Of a DNA stretch of 64,000 nucleotides, positions 20,331-33,949 are shown in pieces. The position numbers were made by a program, and so were the translations under genes. Source of the DNA: Amphiscolops sp. MND2022 (Eukaryota); contig OZ076409.1 in assembly GCA_964187785.1 (NCBI GenBank), forward strand, positions 90,894,001 through 90,958,000. The letters are read 5' to 3'. Every line of letters begins with the position of its first letter. Position 1 is the stretch's first letter. The notes beneath the pieces are model-generated. The model saw only the letters and a program-made list of their open reading frames with translations. It was not told the origin of the DNA and made no database searches.

Positions 20331-22987
20331 TCCTTAAAAACTCAGAACCTTACTACTTCTTTAACTATAATCGTGGTTGAAAGTATGATTTGTATAGTTT
20401 GGTTTGAAATGACTTTTTGGATTCAAAAATGTTCTTAGCGGTAACACGCTGACTTTATTATTTTGTTGAATTTTGCCAACTCCATTTTCAATCCTCTTGC
20501 TCCAATACATGTTTTGCGTTGCCCATTTGTTGTGCAGACCAAATCAGACAGTGTGTTTCCCTAATGTATAGAACATATTTGTTAGCTAATGAGTGCGCAG
20601 ATGCATTATTCCAAATTGCATGATTCTGTGTTTTTTGTGTCGGTTGACTAGAACGTGAACTCTTAATATTGTGCTTCATTGTCAAAAGTCTCGCCCGTGA
20701 TGGGAGCTGTGAATTGCCTTGAACTGCAAAAACAAGCAAAATCATCAATCTTTTTGTTTGATACAGCTTTTAAGGCTTTCACTCAGTTTTGGTTTGAATC
20801 TTTTCAGCAAAACAAATAGCCTTTTATCCTGATAGTAGTCAAGTCGTTCGCCATTCTAGAACCGAAGGCAAATCTACTTCGCAAGCTACAAGCAGAGTTT
20901 TTGCAGAATCAGTAGAAGGATATCAGCGAGAACCATACCTATAAAGGTTCTCTTCGGTGCTTGAGTTGATACAATATAACGAGGAGCATTAATGCAGCTC
21001 GACTGCTACGATAGGTGCAGAAACTGGTTTGTAAATTGTTTGCTACCGGGACATAGAGGTTCCTCCATCTTGAAGCCGGGTTCGAGGGGGAACCCTCTTA
21101 ATGGATGGTCTCTTGCCTGGATCTCGTCTGTTACTGCTATTTTATACGGGGATCTTTCGGAACCTCAGAACCACTCCAGAAATTGCCTGTAAACACTGGG
21201 TTTGGGTTGTTGAACACTGAATTCAAGTCAGAGGTGGGAAACTCTAAGCTAGCATCAACTCAAATCCTTCAAAAAGTTCAAATAACAGCTCTCGAGCTTG
21301 TAAATATAAATACGCTGACAACCCAATCAAACTAAGATAACATAAAACATGCCGAAGATAAGTTTGATAGTACACCCACCGCACGAGCTGGACACACCCA
21401 AAAAGGACACCGGTGAAGACTTTAGGCTGACATCATGGTCTTCGGGTTTTCAAAACAATAATTGGTTGTAAGTTTTCATTGAAGAAAGACAAATTTTATA
21501 GTTACTTGACCGTTGCTTCAGTATGACGTATGATCAGAATCTCTTTCTAGTAAATTCTGCTAGCGCTAGTTACGCATTTAGTCACATCTCCACAATCTTC
21601 GTCCACTGCCTGACTACTTTTATAGTTACTTGACTATTGCTGCAACATTACAGTATGACGTATGTTCAGATTCTCATTCTAGTAAATTCCGCATAGTGAA
21701 GCATTAGGTCACTAAAAAAGAAAAAAAAGATTTTAAAGAAAAATCAGCTACTAAAAAAGTCAAGCAATTAAAATAGCTAAGCAATTAAAATAGTCAACTG
21801 AGAAGGCGGAAAAAAAACCTGGTGATTAGCGGGTGTCATGTCAAACGATTTTTTGGTGACATCCAAAAACTTAAATCTTTGCAAGCTCGACCTTAGAAAT
21901 GTGGGCATAAACTACAATCTAAGGAAATGGATTGAAACGAACATATGTCACTAAGATCTGAAGAACTAAGATCTATATGTCAATTTTTGTACAAACAAAA
22001 GGAAAGACCTAGAGAATGCCAGATCATGAATTGTTACTAAAGTCTAAGGACGTTAGTCCCTTTTTTCAGACCGTATTCCCGTAGTTCAGACCTTGTTCCC
22101 GTTTTCTAGATTGTAATCCCATTTTGGAATTGATTGAAGTATAAAATGTGCCTCGGATATGTCCCCATTTCCTGTACTAACACGCGGCCCCTTTTGGCGG
22201 TTTTGTTCCCATCTTGCTAAGCGAGGTCGAGCAGGATCAAAGACCTACAGGTCGAACGGAGATCGCAGAAGGATCGTAGTGAGAGATGGTGTTCTTGACG
22301 GTGAGGGCGAGTGTACATACTCCGAACATGCCCGCCATTAAATGGACGTTAGTTCTTACGAGTCACTAAAAAAGCTAATTCTAATCCACCAAAAAATCGA
22401 CAGGAATTATTTAGGGAGACGCTAGCTTCAATTCACTTGAAAACCAAAATCAGTCAGTCTGTTTTTTACGCAAAAAGCGCAAACTAGACCTTTACCTTTT
22501 GACCGTTCATGACCAATTTTCACGTAACAAGTTTCTCCAAGCGTTACTTTTATCGATACGCGTTTGCCTGTCCGCTCATCAAAACTTTGCATTTGACGTT
22601 TTTGCTAACGCTCGCAGACACGATATACCAGTCTTCAACGGTTGACTACCAAGTAGCAGCATGGCATGACAGAACATGGCTCTCTTTCTCCGAATGGAAT
22701 TTTTCAACCCACTTTCAGACAGCAAAAAGGAGGGAAGTTCCCCTTTAGCGCGGCCCAAAAAGAAAAAATTTGACGACTTCACGTCTTCTTTCAACTAATA
22801 CCAAACGGTGTAAGCTTTGGTGTAAATGGCTTGGTCAAAAACTACAGTTGGATGAAGCTTCGTCGTGACCAACGACCCTAAACAACCATGCGTCAAACTA
22901 AGATTCCTTAGCGTAGGGGCAGCTTGCACTGTGTTCTTTGCGACGGTCCTAACTGTGCCATACAATGGTTCCATTCCCCTGTGTAGG

Positions 22988-25900
22988 AGTTGGAAAACCT
23001 CCTCAAGGCAACTGGTGTCGCCCTATTTGCAAGGAACGCCGTGTGAAGAAGCCCGTTTCGTTCGCATAAACAATCTCAACACTCCGTTTTTTAGTGGGGG
23101 ACCTCTGTAATCTTTTTCACTCGATAAAGGAAGAAATTTTTATTCCAATTATAGTAATCTTTTTTCTTGTTTTTCTTTCTCCGTTTTGGACGAAACATTA
23201 TATCGTACGTCGACCTCAGTAATTCAAGCACTTAGACTGACGGACAACATTGCATTGAGAGGTTTTGCAGTGATTACGTAAATAGGTAATAGCATGATGA
23301 CTCAGAAGATTCATTTCAGAAATCACCACGTCAAAAATGTCAAAAACCACCAAGTCAAAAACGTGACCACACTCCAAACGACATACCGGATCGTTTTCAA
23401 CCCATAGAATCCCTTCTCTCCAAAAAACAGTACCACACGATCAACAGAAACAAAAAATCAGCGCAGACGAAAAGTCCCTACTGCAACTTTACAGGACAGC
23501 CAAAGTGCAGTTGGGAGGAATGTTACCAAAACTCGTCAATTTGTCAATGATGGCTATTACGCCGAAGAATAGAATGGTAGCCTTTACAAAGTCAACTGAA
23601 TCGATCGCCCAGTAGCTAGTGTGCAATGAGCAAATTAATGGCAATAGTGAGGAGGAACAGCTGGAACACCACTTGTCCAGCTCTTCCGATTCGAACAGCG
23701 CTTCGTTCGATACCGATGAAGAACCACAACCAAAAGTCCGCAAAAGAAAAGGGATGGCAAGAAAGCTGTCCTCAGCAGCCAAAGAATTGGCACGACCACC
23801 AGCAAACGAGTGGCACAACAACAAAGTTAGACGATGTCAACAAAGCCGACAACCGAATCCCTGACCTTACTCCGGAGTATGATGACATCAACATTCCCTT
23901 TCAAGGTGAAGATTTAGCCTAAAAAGTGGCTCCGGGAGCCAAATTCGATAATTGGCTCCCCTCACGAAAAGTGGCATGACAGTCTTTGAGAACAACAAAA
24001 TGTGCCGAGCCATGGGACGTTTCGCTGGTTTGGAGTACGATCAGATCGGAGCAAATGACAAACCGAATTACATGATCAGAGCTACTTATGCTGCACTGTT
24101 AGTTCGCCGTCCGTGGTTAGTGTCGCAACTAATAAAGATTCCGAAGTCAACATTGCGAAAAAAAAAACAAAACTCTTGCGAAAAAAGTGAAGGACCTAGC
24201 CAAGCAGACAACTGTAATCTGATACCTCGGTTGCGATTAACTGTAGCTCACTTATTTAGCTTGACTGATATCAGAAAATACTTCCCCATAAGCAGTGGGA
24301 TGGTCCAGAAGGAAAGGTCACCGTCCAATAGGGAACGGCAAAAAGGAATGGTTACGTCCAAAACGAGCTATTCAATGGTACTGCTTAGAAATGTAATCCT
24401 GCCCTTTGGGACAATGATCTGGTATAAATAGTGTTGATTTTTGATAGTTTAGTCCTTATCCAATTACCTTCATCTGAATGAAATGTCGTTTGTTATGTGA
24501 TCTGAAAACTTTACAAACATGGAAAACCTATACAAACCTGTTCGAAGAAGGTATCTAGGGTCGACATCCGGTCAAAGCAGGAAAACGAAAACTCTTCAGA
24601 AACATTCGACGAACCCAACGGTTTTCATCGTGACTAAAAAATGCAAAAAGTGCACTGTGTAACTTTGCAGTCGGCTTGTTTATGTCCTCTCTTGCTATAC
24701 CGCCTACACTTTCCCAAAAATTATTCGCTCGAAAACTTTTTACCGAATGCTTTGCTTTTGCCACGTTCGGAAAACAATGCGACATTTTTAGATGTACTGG
24801 ATATCGATGCCACAAAAAAGATTCTTGAATTTTCGATTGAAGTTTTTAACGTTGTTTTTACTTCTGCGAACGTCGCCTTATCCTTCGAAAAGTCATGGAC
24901 TGTTTTAAAATAGTCGTACTCTTGCGGCTATCCCTTTAGTACGATTGACGTAAACGTTTTCTCGCTAACTTTCTCCCCCGCTAACTCTGCTTACTGACAT
25001 ACTCTGCTCGTGTGAGGGTGTCCACCATCCTCTCGCTAGGCTCCAGTCGCAGAGTGGTGAACTTCTCCAACAAGTTGGAAAACCTCCTCAAGGCAACTGG
25101 TGTCGCCCTATTTGCAAGGAACGCCGTGTGAAGAAGCCCGTTTCGTTCGCATAAACAATCTCAACACTCCGTTTTTTAGTGGGGGACCTCTGTAATCTTT
25201 TTCACTCGATAAGGGAAGAAATTTTAATTCCAATTATAGTAATCTTTTTTCTTGTTTTTCTTTCTCCGTTTTGGACGAAACATTATATCGTACGTCGACC
25301 TCAGTAATTCAAGCACTTAGACTGACGGACAACATTGCATTGAGAGGTTTTGCAGTGATTACGTAAATAGGTAATAGCATGATGACTCAGAAGATTCATT
25401 TCAGAAATCACCACGTCAAAAACGTCAAAAACCACCAAGTCAAAAACGTGACCACACTCCAAACGACATACCGGATCGTTTTCAACCCATAGAATCCCTT
25501 CTCTCCAAAAAACAGTACCACACGATCAACAGAAACAAAAAATCAGCGCAGACGAAAAGTCCCTACTGCAACTTTACAGGACAGCCAAAGTGCAGTTGGG
25601 AGGAATGTTACCAAAACTCGTCAATTTGTCAATGATGGCTATTACGCCGAAGAATAGAATGGTAGCCTTTACAAAGTCAACTGAATCGATCGCCCAATAG
25701 CTAGTGTGCAATGAGCAAATTAATGGCAATAGTGAGGAGGAACAGCTGGAACACCACTTGTCCAGCTCTTCCGATTCGAACAGCGCTTCGTTCGAGACCG
25801 ATGAAGAACCACAACCAAAAGTCCGCAAAAGAAAAGGGATGGCAAGAAAGCTGTCCTCAGCAGCCAAAGAATTGGCACGACCACCAGCAAACGAGTGGCA

Positions 25901-27160
25901 CAACAACAAAGTTAGACGATGTCAACAAAGCCGACAACCGAATCCCTGACCTTACTCCGGAGTATGATGACATCAACATTCCCTTTCAAGGTGAAGATTT
26001 AGCCTAAAAAGTGGCTCCGGGAGCCAAATTCGATAATTGGCTCCCCTCACGAAAAGTGGCATGACAGTCTTTGAGAACAACAAAATGTGCCGAGCCATGG
26101 GACGTTTCGCTGGTTTGGAGTACGATCAGATCGGAGCAAATGACAAACCGAATTACATGATCAGAGCTACTTATGCTGCACTGTTAGTTCGCCGTCCGTG
26201 GTTAGTGTCGCAACGAATAAAGATTCCGAAGTCAACTTCGCGAAAAAAAAACAAAACTCTTGCGAAAAAAGTGAAGGACCTAGCCAAGCAGACAACTGTA
26301 ATCTGATACCTCGGTTGCGACTAACTGTAGCTCACTTATTTAGCTTGACTGATATCAGAAAATACTTCCCCATAAGCAGTGGGATGGTCCAGAAGGAAAG
26401 GTCACCGTCCAATAGGGAACGGCAAAAAGGAATGGTTACGTCCAAAACGAGCTATTCAATGGTACTGCTTAGAAATGTAATCCTGCCCTTTGGGACAATG
26501 ATCTGGTATAAATAGTGTTGATTTTTGATAGTTTAGTCCTTATCCAATTACCTTCATCTGAATGAAATGTCGTTTGTTATGTGATCTGAAAACTTTACAA
26601 ACATGGAAAACCTGTACAAACCTGTTCGAAGAAGGTATCTAGGGTCGACATCCGGTCAAAGCAGGAAAACGAAAACTCTTCAGAAACATTCGACGAACCC
26701 AACGGTTTTCATCGTGACTAAAAAATGCAAAAAGTGCACTGTGTAACTTTGCAGTCGGCTTGTTTATGTCCTCTCTTGCTATACCGCCTACAATTTCCCA
26801 AAAATTATTCGCTCGAAAACTTTTTACCGAATGCTTTGCTTTTGCCACGTTCGGAAAACAATGCGACATTTTTAGATGTACTGGATATCGATGCCACAAA
26901 AAAGATTCTTGAATTTTCGATTGAAGTTTTTAACGTTGTTTTTACTTCTGCGAACGTCGCCTTATCCTTCGAAAAGTCATGGACTGTTTTAAAATAGTCG
27001 TACTCTTGCGGCTATCCCTTTAGTACGATTGACGTAAACGTTTTCTCGCTAACTTTCTCCCCCGCTAACTCTGCTTACTGACATACTCTGCTCGTGTGAG
27101 GGTGTCCACCATCCTCTCGCTAGGCTCCAGTCGCAGAGTGGTGAACTTCTCCAACAAGTT
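22988..27160. repeat. Recent head-to-tail duplication of a ~2,085-bp unit
   Basis: 22988-25072 is nearly identical to 25073-27156 (paired ORFs in the track); AGTT occurs at all three junctions. Confidence 0.95.
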
Positions 27161-27915
27161 CATAAGGCGGGGCGTCTCCGTGCTGTTTTAGCTGAGGTTC
27201 CGCAGCATCTCCCACGCTTCCTGTCCGTCTTCCTGGCAATCGTTGGTCAACATCAGCACGCTTCAGCGATCCAGACACTGGACGGGAACAGGAAGTTTCG
27301 GCGAAGACGTTCCGGCAAAAAATTTCGAGACGGTTCGGCAGATTTTCTATGCCAAAACGTCCCTTTATTATCTTGGTTTTGTTTTTGGTCTTCTACAAAC
27401 TGGTTAGGTCCAGTTTGTAGAATACCAGTTTGTAGAATTCTGGAATTGAAGAAAACCGATAAGACCATTATTGTATGAATGATGCAAAACATAAAACGTG
27501 CCTCGAACATGTCTGCCCCGTTTCTTCTAGTGCCCCGCGGCCGTTAGGGGCCGCTTATATACCCATCTTGCTAAGCGAGGTCGAACAGGAGCAAAGACCG
27601 AGCGGGAACGGAGATCGCAAAGCAATCGTAGTGGGAGATGGTCTTTGCGACAATGAGGGCGAGCGTGCATACACCGGATATGCCCCACATATCATACGAA
27701 TTGTTTCGGCAAATGTTTTTAGCCTGAGACGTTTCGGCATTTTTTGCCAAACGTCCGCCACCAAGTTCTTGCCGAAACGTCTTTTCTCGAAACGTCCGGA
27801 ATCCCACTGGACGAGGTTGGCCCAGAGTTCGTACTTCTCGTTTGTCACAGCCTCGTCTCCAGTCAGCACTTTGGGCAGCTTGGCCCTCTTCGTGAAGGAG
27901 TGTACGCCTTTGTTC
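26900..27915 (-). pseudogene. Ty1/Copia gag remnant interrupted by a MITE
   Basis: Removing 27284-27804 plus one TSD restores YELWANLVQCLDR*SVLMLTNDCQEDGQEAWEML..PRLMNLLEKFTTLRL..AGEKVSEKTFTSIVLKG*PQEY, a copia gag (UBN2-type) pattern with stops. Confidence 0.7.
27284..27804. mobile_element. Foldback-type MITE, GG...CC ends, perfect 8-bp TSD
   Basis: CACTGGAC at 27276-27283 and 27805-27812; imperfect TIRs built of GTTTCGGC / GCCGAAAC units. Confidence 0.85.
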
Positions 27916-28225
27916 TAATTGCTTGGGTCTAATGGAATTAGATCTAACTGTTAGGTCTAACTTTCAGATCTAATTTTATCTAAAATACTTAAGTCTTACC
28001 CCTTTATGATCTAATATGTGTTCTGAAAGCGAAAATATAATGTGAGGCATTTGCGATGTATGCACGCTCGCCCTCACCGTCGCAAAGGCCAGCTCCCACT
28101 ACGATCGCTTCGCGGTCTCCGTTCTCGCTAGGTCTTTGCTCCTGTTCGTCCTCGCTTAGCAACATGGGAATATAAGCGCCCCCATGGGGCCGCCGGGCAC
28201 TAGAGGAAGTGGGGACATATGCGAG

Positions 28226-28424
28226 AGGCTACGTGGAATCAGGTCTAATGAAATAGATCTAAGAGAGGGGGCAAAACTTTCTCGCCAGTTTCTGTTGTTT
28301 TTGCTCTCAAATTAGATCGAATTAGAAGAGATTCTCAGACCTGAATATTTAGATCAATTTATTTAGATCTCAGTTTTGCCCCCACTCTGAGATCTATTTC
28401 ATTAGACCTGATTCCACGTAGCCT
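28226..28424. mobile_element. Small MITE with ~50-bp near-perfect TIRs
   Basis: AGGCTACGTGGAATCAGGTCTAATGAAATAGATCT... is the reverse complement of ...AGATCTATTTCATTAGACCTGATTCCACGTAGCCT; no TSD visible. Confidence 0.8.
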
Positions 28425-28676
28425 TGGAGAAGCGAAAACCCTCGAAACGCTCCTGCCATACTGGGAAGTCGTCATCGTTACCAGAAAACTGCAGATGTGA
28501 AAGCGATTTGCCCATCTCTCACAACTCGCAAGGAAAGCTCGAATCAGGAACAGAGTAACGGGCACGGTAATAAGTTCGAACGCTTAAGTTCGAACTTTAA
28601 TTTCGAATGGACTATGTTCGAATTTTCCAAAAACCGGAACAAGTTCGAATCACTGTGTTCGAATTATGAACTAAGT

Positions 28677-28875
28677 ATAAAACGTGCCTCTGATGTTTCC
28701 CCATTTCATCTAGTGCCCCGCGGCCCCTTGGGGCCGCTTATGTTCCCATCTTGCTAAGCGAGGTCGAACAGAAGCAAAGACCTAGCGGGAACGGAGATCG
28801 CGAAGCGATCGTAGTGGGAGCTGGTCTTTGCGACGGTGACGGCGAGCGTGCATACATCGGATATGCCCCACATTT
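28677..28875 (+). repeat. Structured ~200-bp GC-rich repeat; other copies at 22141-22338 (+), 27491-27691 (+), 28039-28229 (-)
   Basis: Shared anchors ATAAAAYGTGCCTC, TTGCTAAGCGAGG, ATCGTAGTG and GGCGAG; multiple hairpins. Confidence 0.85.
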
Positions 28876-28885
28876 CATTTTTTAG

Positions 28886-29256
28886 GGGTGGGCGGATATA
28901 GGTCGAAGGAACGGGTTCGAAAATCAGAGTTAGTCCTCAGGTCGACGTACCAAATTTTTGAATGGGATCGAAACAACTCGGATCGAAGTTTTTATAACGT
29001 AGTCAGATATGTTCACATACCCCTTTGCCTTACCCCTGTGCCCTGAATGCAGGAGCGAAGCGAAGCGAAGCGAAGCGGAGCGACGTGCCATATGGCCACG
29101 CCTCAATGTCGCTACTTGGCGAAGGGAGCGAAGCGACCGGGACATACAACAAACACGATAAAATTCGACCGCATTCCTTTCGATCCCTGCAATTTGATCA
29201 AAAGGTTCGACTTCTGTCCTTTCGACCAGAAAAATTCGACCTGTTTACAGCAACCC
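28886..29256. mobile_element. Nested MITE with 9-bp TSD (Mutator-like)
   Basis: Ends GGGTGGGCGGATATAGGTCGAA / TTCGACCTGTTTACAGCAACCC; flanks ATTTTTTAG and AGTTTTTAG (8/9 match); internal (GCGAA)n tract. Confidence 0.6.
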
Positions 29257-31419
29257 AGTTTTTAGATTCCTTTAGATCCTAGGCGGTGGAGCTCTCAGGA
29301 TCTTGTGTGAAGGATGTCCAGTTTACACCGGATATGCCCGATATGAAAATTCGAACTTGGGTTCCTCGAAACTATTCCATTCTAACTTATTGCACTAGTT
29401 CAAATTCGAACTTAGTAAATCGAACTTATTGCCCGAAGCCGGAGTAACTAAACAAAAATGTAGAACGGCAGAAAGATTGAAAAATTTGAGCTGTTAGGAG
29501 TGCGAGTAAGCGCAAAAAATGGCCGGCCAAAAATTTTTCTCGGGCGCGTTTGTAGAAATGGCCAAGACGAAAAATGCGAATTTTCAAGGGACAAAGTATA
29601 TGGTAAAGACAAAAATTGCCAAAAATTAGTTAGGTCTTGCAAACTCACCGAGTACTGGGCCCACAACCTATTTTGGGGATCTGTGAAGTCGTCGTGAAGA
29701 CATCGTGAGTTGAAGAATTTATTGGCGATATAGATTTAAATGAAACTATTCTCGGAAACTATTCTCGGTTACATAGTGACAGGTATTTAGTAAATTTAGC
29801 AGGTACATAATCAGTTCATTTGAAGTTTGAATTAATGATGACGTAATGGTTTTCAGCGACCTCTAACAGGGGAGTTCGCATTGTTATTTTCCGCCCACAT
29901 AAATGTGGGAGGAAAATCATGATTTGTGAGGGTTTTTTTACTAGTTCTGCCAAAACTTTATCTCTTCTCCATTTATGCACTTCGTTCCATTATGGTGGCT
30001 CAGTCAGGTTGTAGGTCCTGGGTTCGAACCCGGGCTGGTGCTTGAATTTTTTCCCAGCCAGTAGGTCGTGGGTTCGAACCTCTCTCGCCATTCTTTTTGC
30101 AAGCGTGTCGCGGAAAATGTCCCGGTGCTTAGCGGGCATCTTGTTCGAAAACAAAACGTCGGAAGGGGGTGAGGTGACTCTTTCCGCTAATGCAAGTACA
30201 TATGACCAACCTTTAGGACACGTTTGCTAGAGTAGTTTCCGACAGGCTTGAACAAAATTGGTAGACAAGTTGAAAAGTCACTTCCTGTTTCATTGTGGTG
30301 TTATGTGAAAAAGATATGTGTCATCAGAGTCACCAAAGTACACCTGTCAAAATGTTAGCACAGAAAGGTCCGCTCAATCCTCGATCTCACTCAAACTTGG
30401 CTTTCTTCAAATTTTTAGGGTGTATGGATTTGACAAATTTCCAGCATAGGTATTTTCAGATAGTGCAATGCTGCATGGGAGCAATAAAATCGCGAGGATG
30501 ACCCAAAAGTTAACTTCTTGGATATAAATTGGTTTTTAGGCAAAAATAAACACAATATCTTTCGGACAAACATCATGAAAATTCGAAAATATTGCCGCTT
30601 TGAGATCGTATTATAGCAGCCACTAACTTGAATAATACTCCCCCCCCCCAACATGATGATACACATGGCACTTGATTGATGAGAAGATCCATGATTTCTG
30701 ATAGTGAAGAAACTGAAAAAAAAATCTAGACGGATTGCTCAAATTTCGGAGCTGTAGTGTAATGGTCACTGTAAGCTCTAAATCTTTGCTTTAGTGTCTA
30801 GATAGTTTAGTGGGTTCGAATCCAAAACCGTAAGGCCTGTTATGGCACTACGGTTTATACCATTTTAATTCATGAGACATCGAATTTTGGAACTGAAACG
30901 AACAACGGAAGTCATGTGAAAAGTTTTACTACAGAGCTCCCGAAAAGCCAAAGAACTTCAACCTGGTGCCATTGACTACAATTAGAGTTTGAATAAATTC
31001 AAAACGAATCTACGCGTCTATCTTCTAGAGAAAACTTCCTCCTGCAAACATCGTTCAGTTACTTTGTAAAGTATTTTTGTAGATCCTGCCGCGATCTCCT
31101 GACTACACTTTTAAAACATTTCATTCAACTTTTCATGTTGGTGTTTACCTTTCATTTTACCATTCACTTGCCAATCGCCCCTTAAAATGGAATTAAGTCT
31201 TTACTACTATTTTCGGCGCGTTGAGTAGTTCCTTTTGTTAGTATACCGGTGACGTTATTTTGTCGTCAGTGTGCCGTCATTGAATTGATGTTCAAAGTGA
31301 GTAAATGAACCAATTTTTCGTCGATGTCAATTTCAAGACTGTTTGTTTAACTATACATGGCTATCTCTTGCAGGTTGTTATGAATCTCTTCATATTGCTT
31401 GCCGCCACCATTATCCGAC

Positions 31420-32250
31420 ATGAATTTCCTCAAACGAATCGGTAATAGTGCGAATCAAAATATGGATCTTAGCAAATTTAATCCGAATGACACCATCATG
31501 GTTTGGGCCAAAGTCAATCGAAAAGTCAAGTTGAAACCTCTTGAGTTCGATGACTTATTACTGTCTAATGTGCCTAAAAGTGAGAAATTAAGATTTGTCT
31601 GCCTTTCTGATACACATGGAAAACATGACGGCGTTGACTTACCCGAAGGTGACGTTTTGCTTCACACAGGAGATTTCACCATGACAGGCCGAACGAATGA
31701 AATCGAAGACTTCAACCATTGGTTGGGTACTTTGCCCTACAAGCACAAAATCGTTATAGCTGGGAACCATGATAAAGGACTCGATAAAATATTCAAAAAA
31801 GAAGCTGCCTTGGATGGCCACGATGCGTTGAGCAATTGTACATATTTGGAAGACGAAGAAGTCACAATAGGTGGTTACAAAATTTACGGCTCTCCGTGGA
31901 CACCTGAATTCGGCTACTGGGGTTTTATGGAAAGAAGAGAATCACTGGATGTCATCTGGAATAAAATCCCAGATGACACTGATATTCTTTTAACACATGG
32001 ACCCCCATTGGGAATTCTAGATCACTGTCAGTCGGGGGCTCTTGCTGGATGCATGCATTTACTGGATGCCATCGTCAACAGGGTCAAGCCGAAATTCCAC
32101 ATTTTTGGCCATATTCATGAATCTCGGGGTTTACTTAGAAGTGAACTAAGTGATACAATATTCATTAATGCATCTAATTGTACAATTCGTTATCGTCCTG
32201 ATAATGCCCCTGTTGTATTCGAGTTACCCATAAAAGGTAATATTGTCTGA
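31420..32250 (+). CDS. MPPED: Metallophosphoesterase domain-containing protein (MPPED1/2-like), intronless CDS
   Basis: Motifs RFVCLSDTH, LLHTGDFT, IAGNHD, IYGSPWTP, LLTHGPP, HIFGHIHE. Probable 5'UTR intron at 31297-31373 (GTGAGT...TTGCAG). Confidence 0.9.
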   Translation: MNFLKRIGNSANQNMDLSKFNPNDTIMVWAKVNRKVKLKPLEFDDLLLSNVPKSEKLRFVCLSDTHGKHDGVDLPEGDVLLHTGDFTMTGRTNEIEDFNHWLGTLPYKHKIVIAGNHDKGLDKIFKKEAALDGHDALSNCTYLEDEEVTIGGYKIYGSPWTPEFGYWGFMERRESLDVIWNKIPDDTDILLTHGPPLGILDHCQSGALAGCMHLLDAIVNRVKPKFHIFGHIHESRGLLRSELSDTIFINASNCTIRYRPDNAPVVFELPIKGNIV

Positions 32251-33949
32251 TTACCTCATATAATGATTGTTTATTTCTGTTCGTGAACGCACCACGCAGT
32301 AAATTGTACATATTCATATAGTATATTTTTCTATACAAGTTTTAACTTTTAATGCTTAGAATTCAATTTCCTGTCAAATGTTTTCATTGGCTCCTTGATT
32401 ATCGGATCTCACCATCTTCTTATCCATTCGCTTGAGGTGAATGTAATTCAAGTCAATATAAAATTCAATGCCGTATTTTTTCGAATAGAAACCGCGGCTG
32501 GTAAGTTTTTTTCAAAGTGAATTAGCTGTTTATATTTGAGGACGGGTATTTTTGAAATTCTCCATATTTATTGAGCCCATTTTGTCTTTTTTGAAGTGCG
32601 TTTGCGTTGACTACCAATACTTGCCTATAGTGACAACTGCCAAGTGAATTTCGCGTGCGAATGAAATGGTCGTTTTTGTCAGTGTCGAATTCTTCTGAAA
32701 TACTGGACACGGGACTCAAAATTTTTCTTACATTTTCTGCCGTTTAGTTTAATTTACCAGGATTCTGCAACAAAGATAATGAAAAAAGTAGGCCAGCAAT
32801 GGAAGCGTAAGTTGGCGAAACAAAAGTAGGCTCTGGTTTAACATTTTCTGAATATAAATAAACTAAACATTTTCATGGGATTTCCGCTTCAGGAAAAACC
32901 CAAGAAAGGCGTTACCCTTGTTTTAAGTAATATTTCACAAGGCGGAACATTAGAGTTCGTTATTAAAGATGGAATTTTGAGAAAATATATACTATATGAA
33001 ATTGTATTGTTCCCGCCAAATATATATTACTTCACTAACGCGCTGTGTAAAGTTACTTTTCTGTTCTGCACCGCTCCCAAAAAATTTTCAAAATCTTCGG
33101 GAGAAGTCGAAGAGTGCTCAGCGACTGACGCAGTAATTAAGCAACGCAGCATTCTATAGATAGCAGGTTGTGGTCTTTTCGTACTTTCTCTTACTTGCAA
33201 CTTGGAAATGTTCTGCAAAAAAAATTGAGACATCAAGTTTTCCTTTTGTGGTCGCAGAATTTAAAGGAATTTGATATTTCTCGACTGAACGCAGTTAATC
33301 TATCAGTTCAGAAAAACGTCGTTTCTATGAAATTCAGTGGGGTTGTATATTAATTTCAGTCTAAATTCCTGTCTTGAAATTCGAATGCTTAATTTGGCTT
33401 GTCTGTCACTTGAACTTCTGTCACTTCCTTGAAGGCTATCGCTAAATTTAGACATGGCTTCCGCTCAGCGACCCCGGTAACGCTTTTAGCGGATCAATTC
33501 ATTGCATTTAGCGGGTCAATCATTCATTTTTGACGACTTGTTTGCATGTTGTTCTTTGTCAAAAAATCTTGAAATCTCATCAGCAGTTTTCAGTGAATCA
33601 AAAAAATCATCAGATTTTATTGGAAAAAAATTCCGAACGTTTCGACTTCAGGAAATTGATGTTTACCTGGTTTCAAGTCATAGAAGAAGAAGAAATTTAT
33701 TTTATTGGACGACAAATATATATCTGCTTTGATAAATATTCCTTAATAAATGCAAGTTTAACATCCAATAAGGACGCAAAATGAAAACAACCGCTCTTCT
33801 AGGTTGCGCCCTACCAACTAAAATACAATTGAAAGCACCATACTTGGTAAGGGAAAACTACCTTGCACAGTTACTGAATAGACCTAAGAGTAGAACATCG
33901 AAAAAAGTTCTCTATTATCAACAACATAATTCGAGCTAATTTTTGAGAC

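Larger units (their letters stand above)
28560..29440. mobile_element. GG...CC MITE with TTCGAA arrays, containing nested insertions
   Basis: TIR core AATAAGTTCGA / TCGAACTTATT; flanks AGAGTAAC and GGAGTAAC (7/8 match). Confidence 0.7.

Noticed and set aside
30000..30830. tRNA genes (GGTTCGAA B-boxes near 30021, 30071, 30813)
   Set aside because: No complete cloverleaf; probably tRNA-derived repeat relics.
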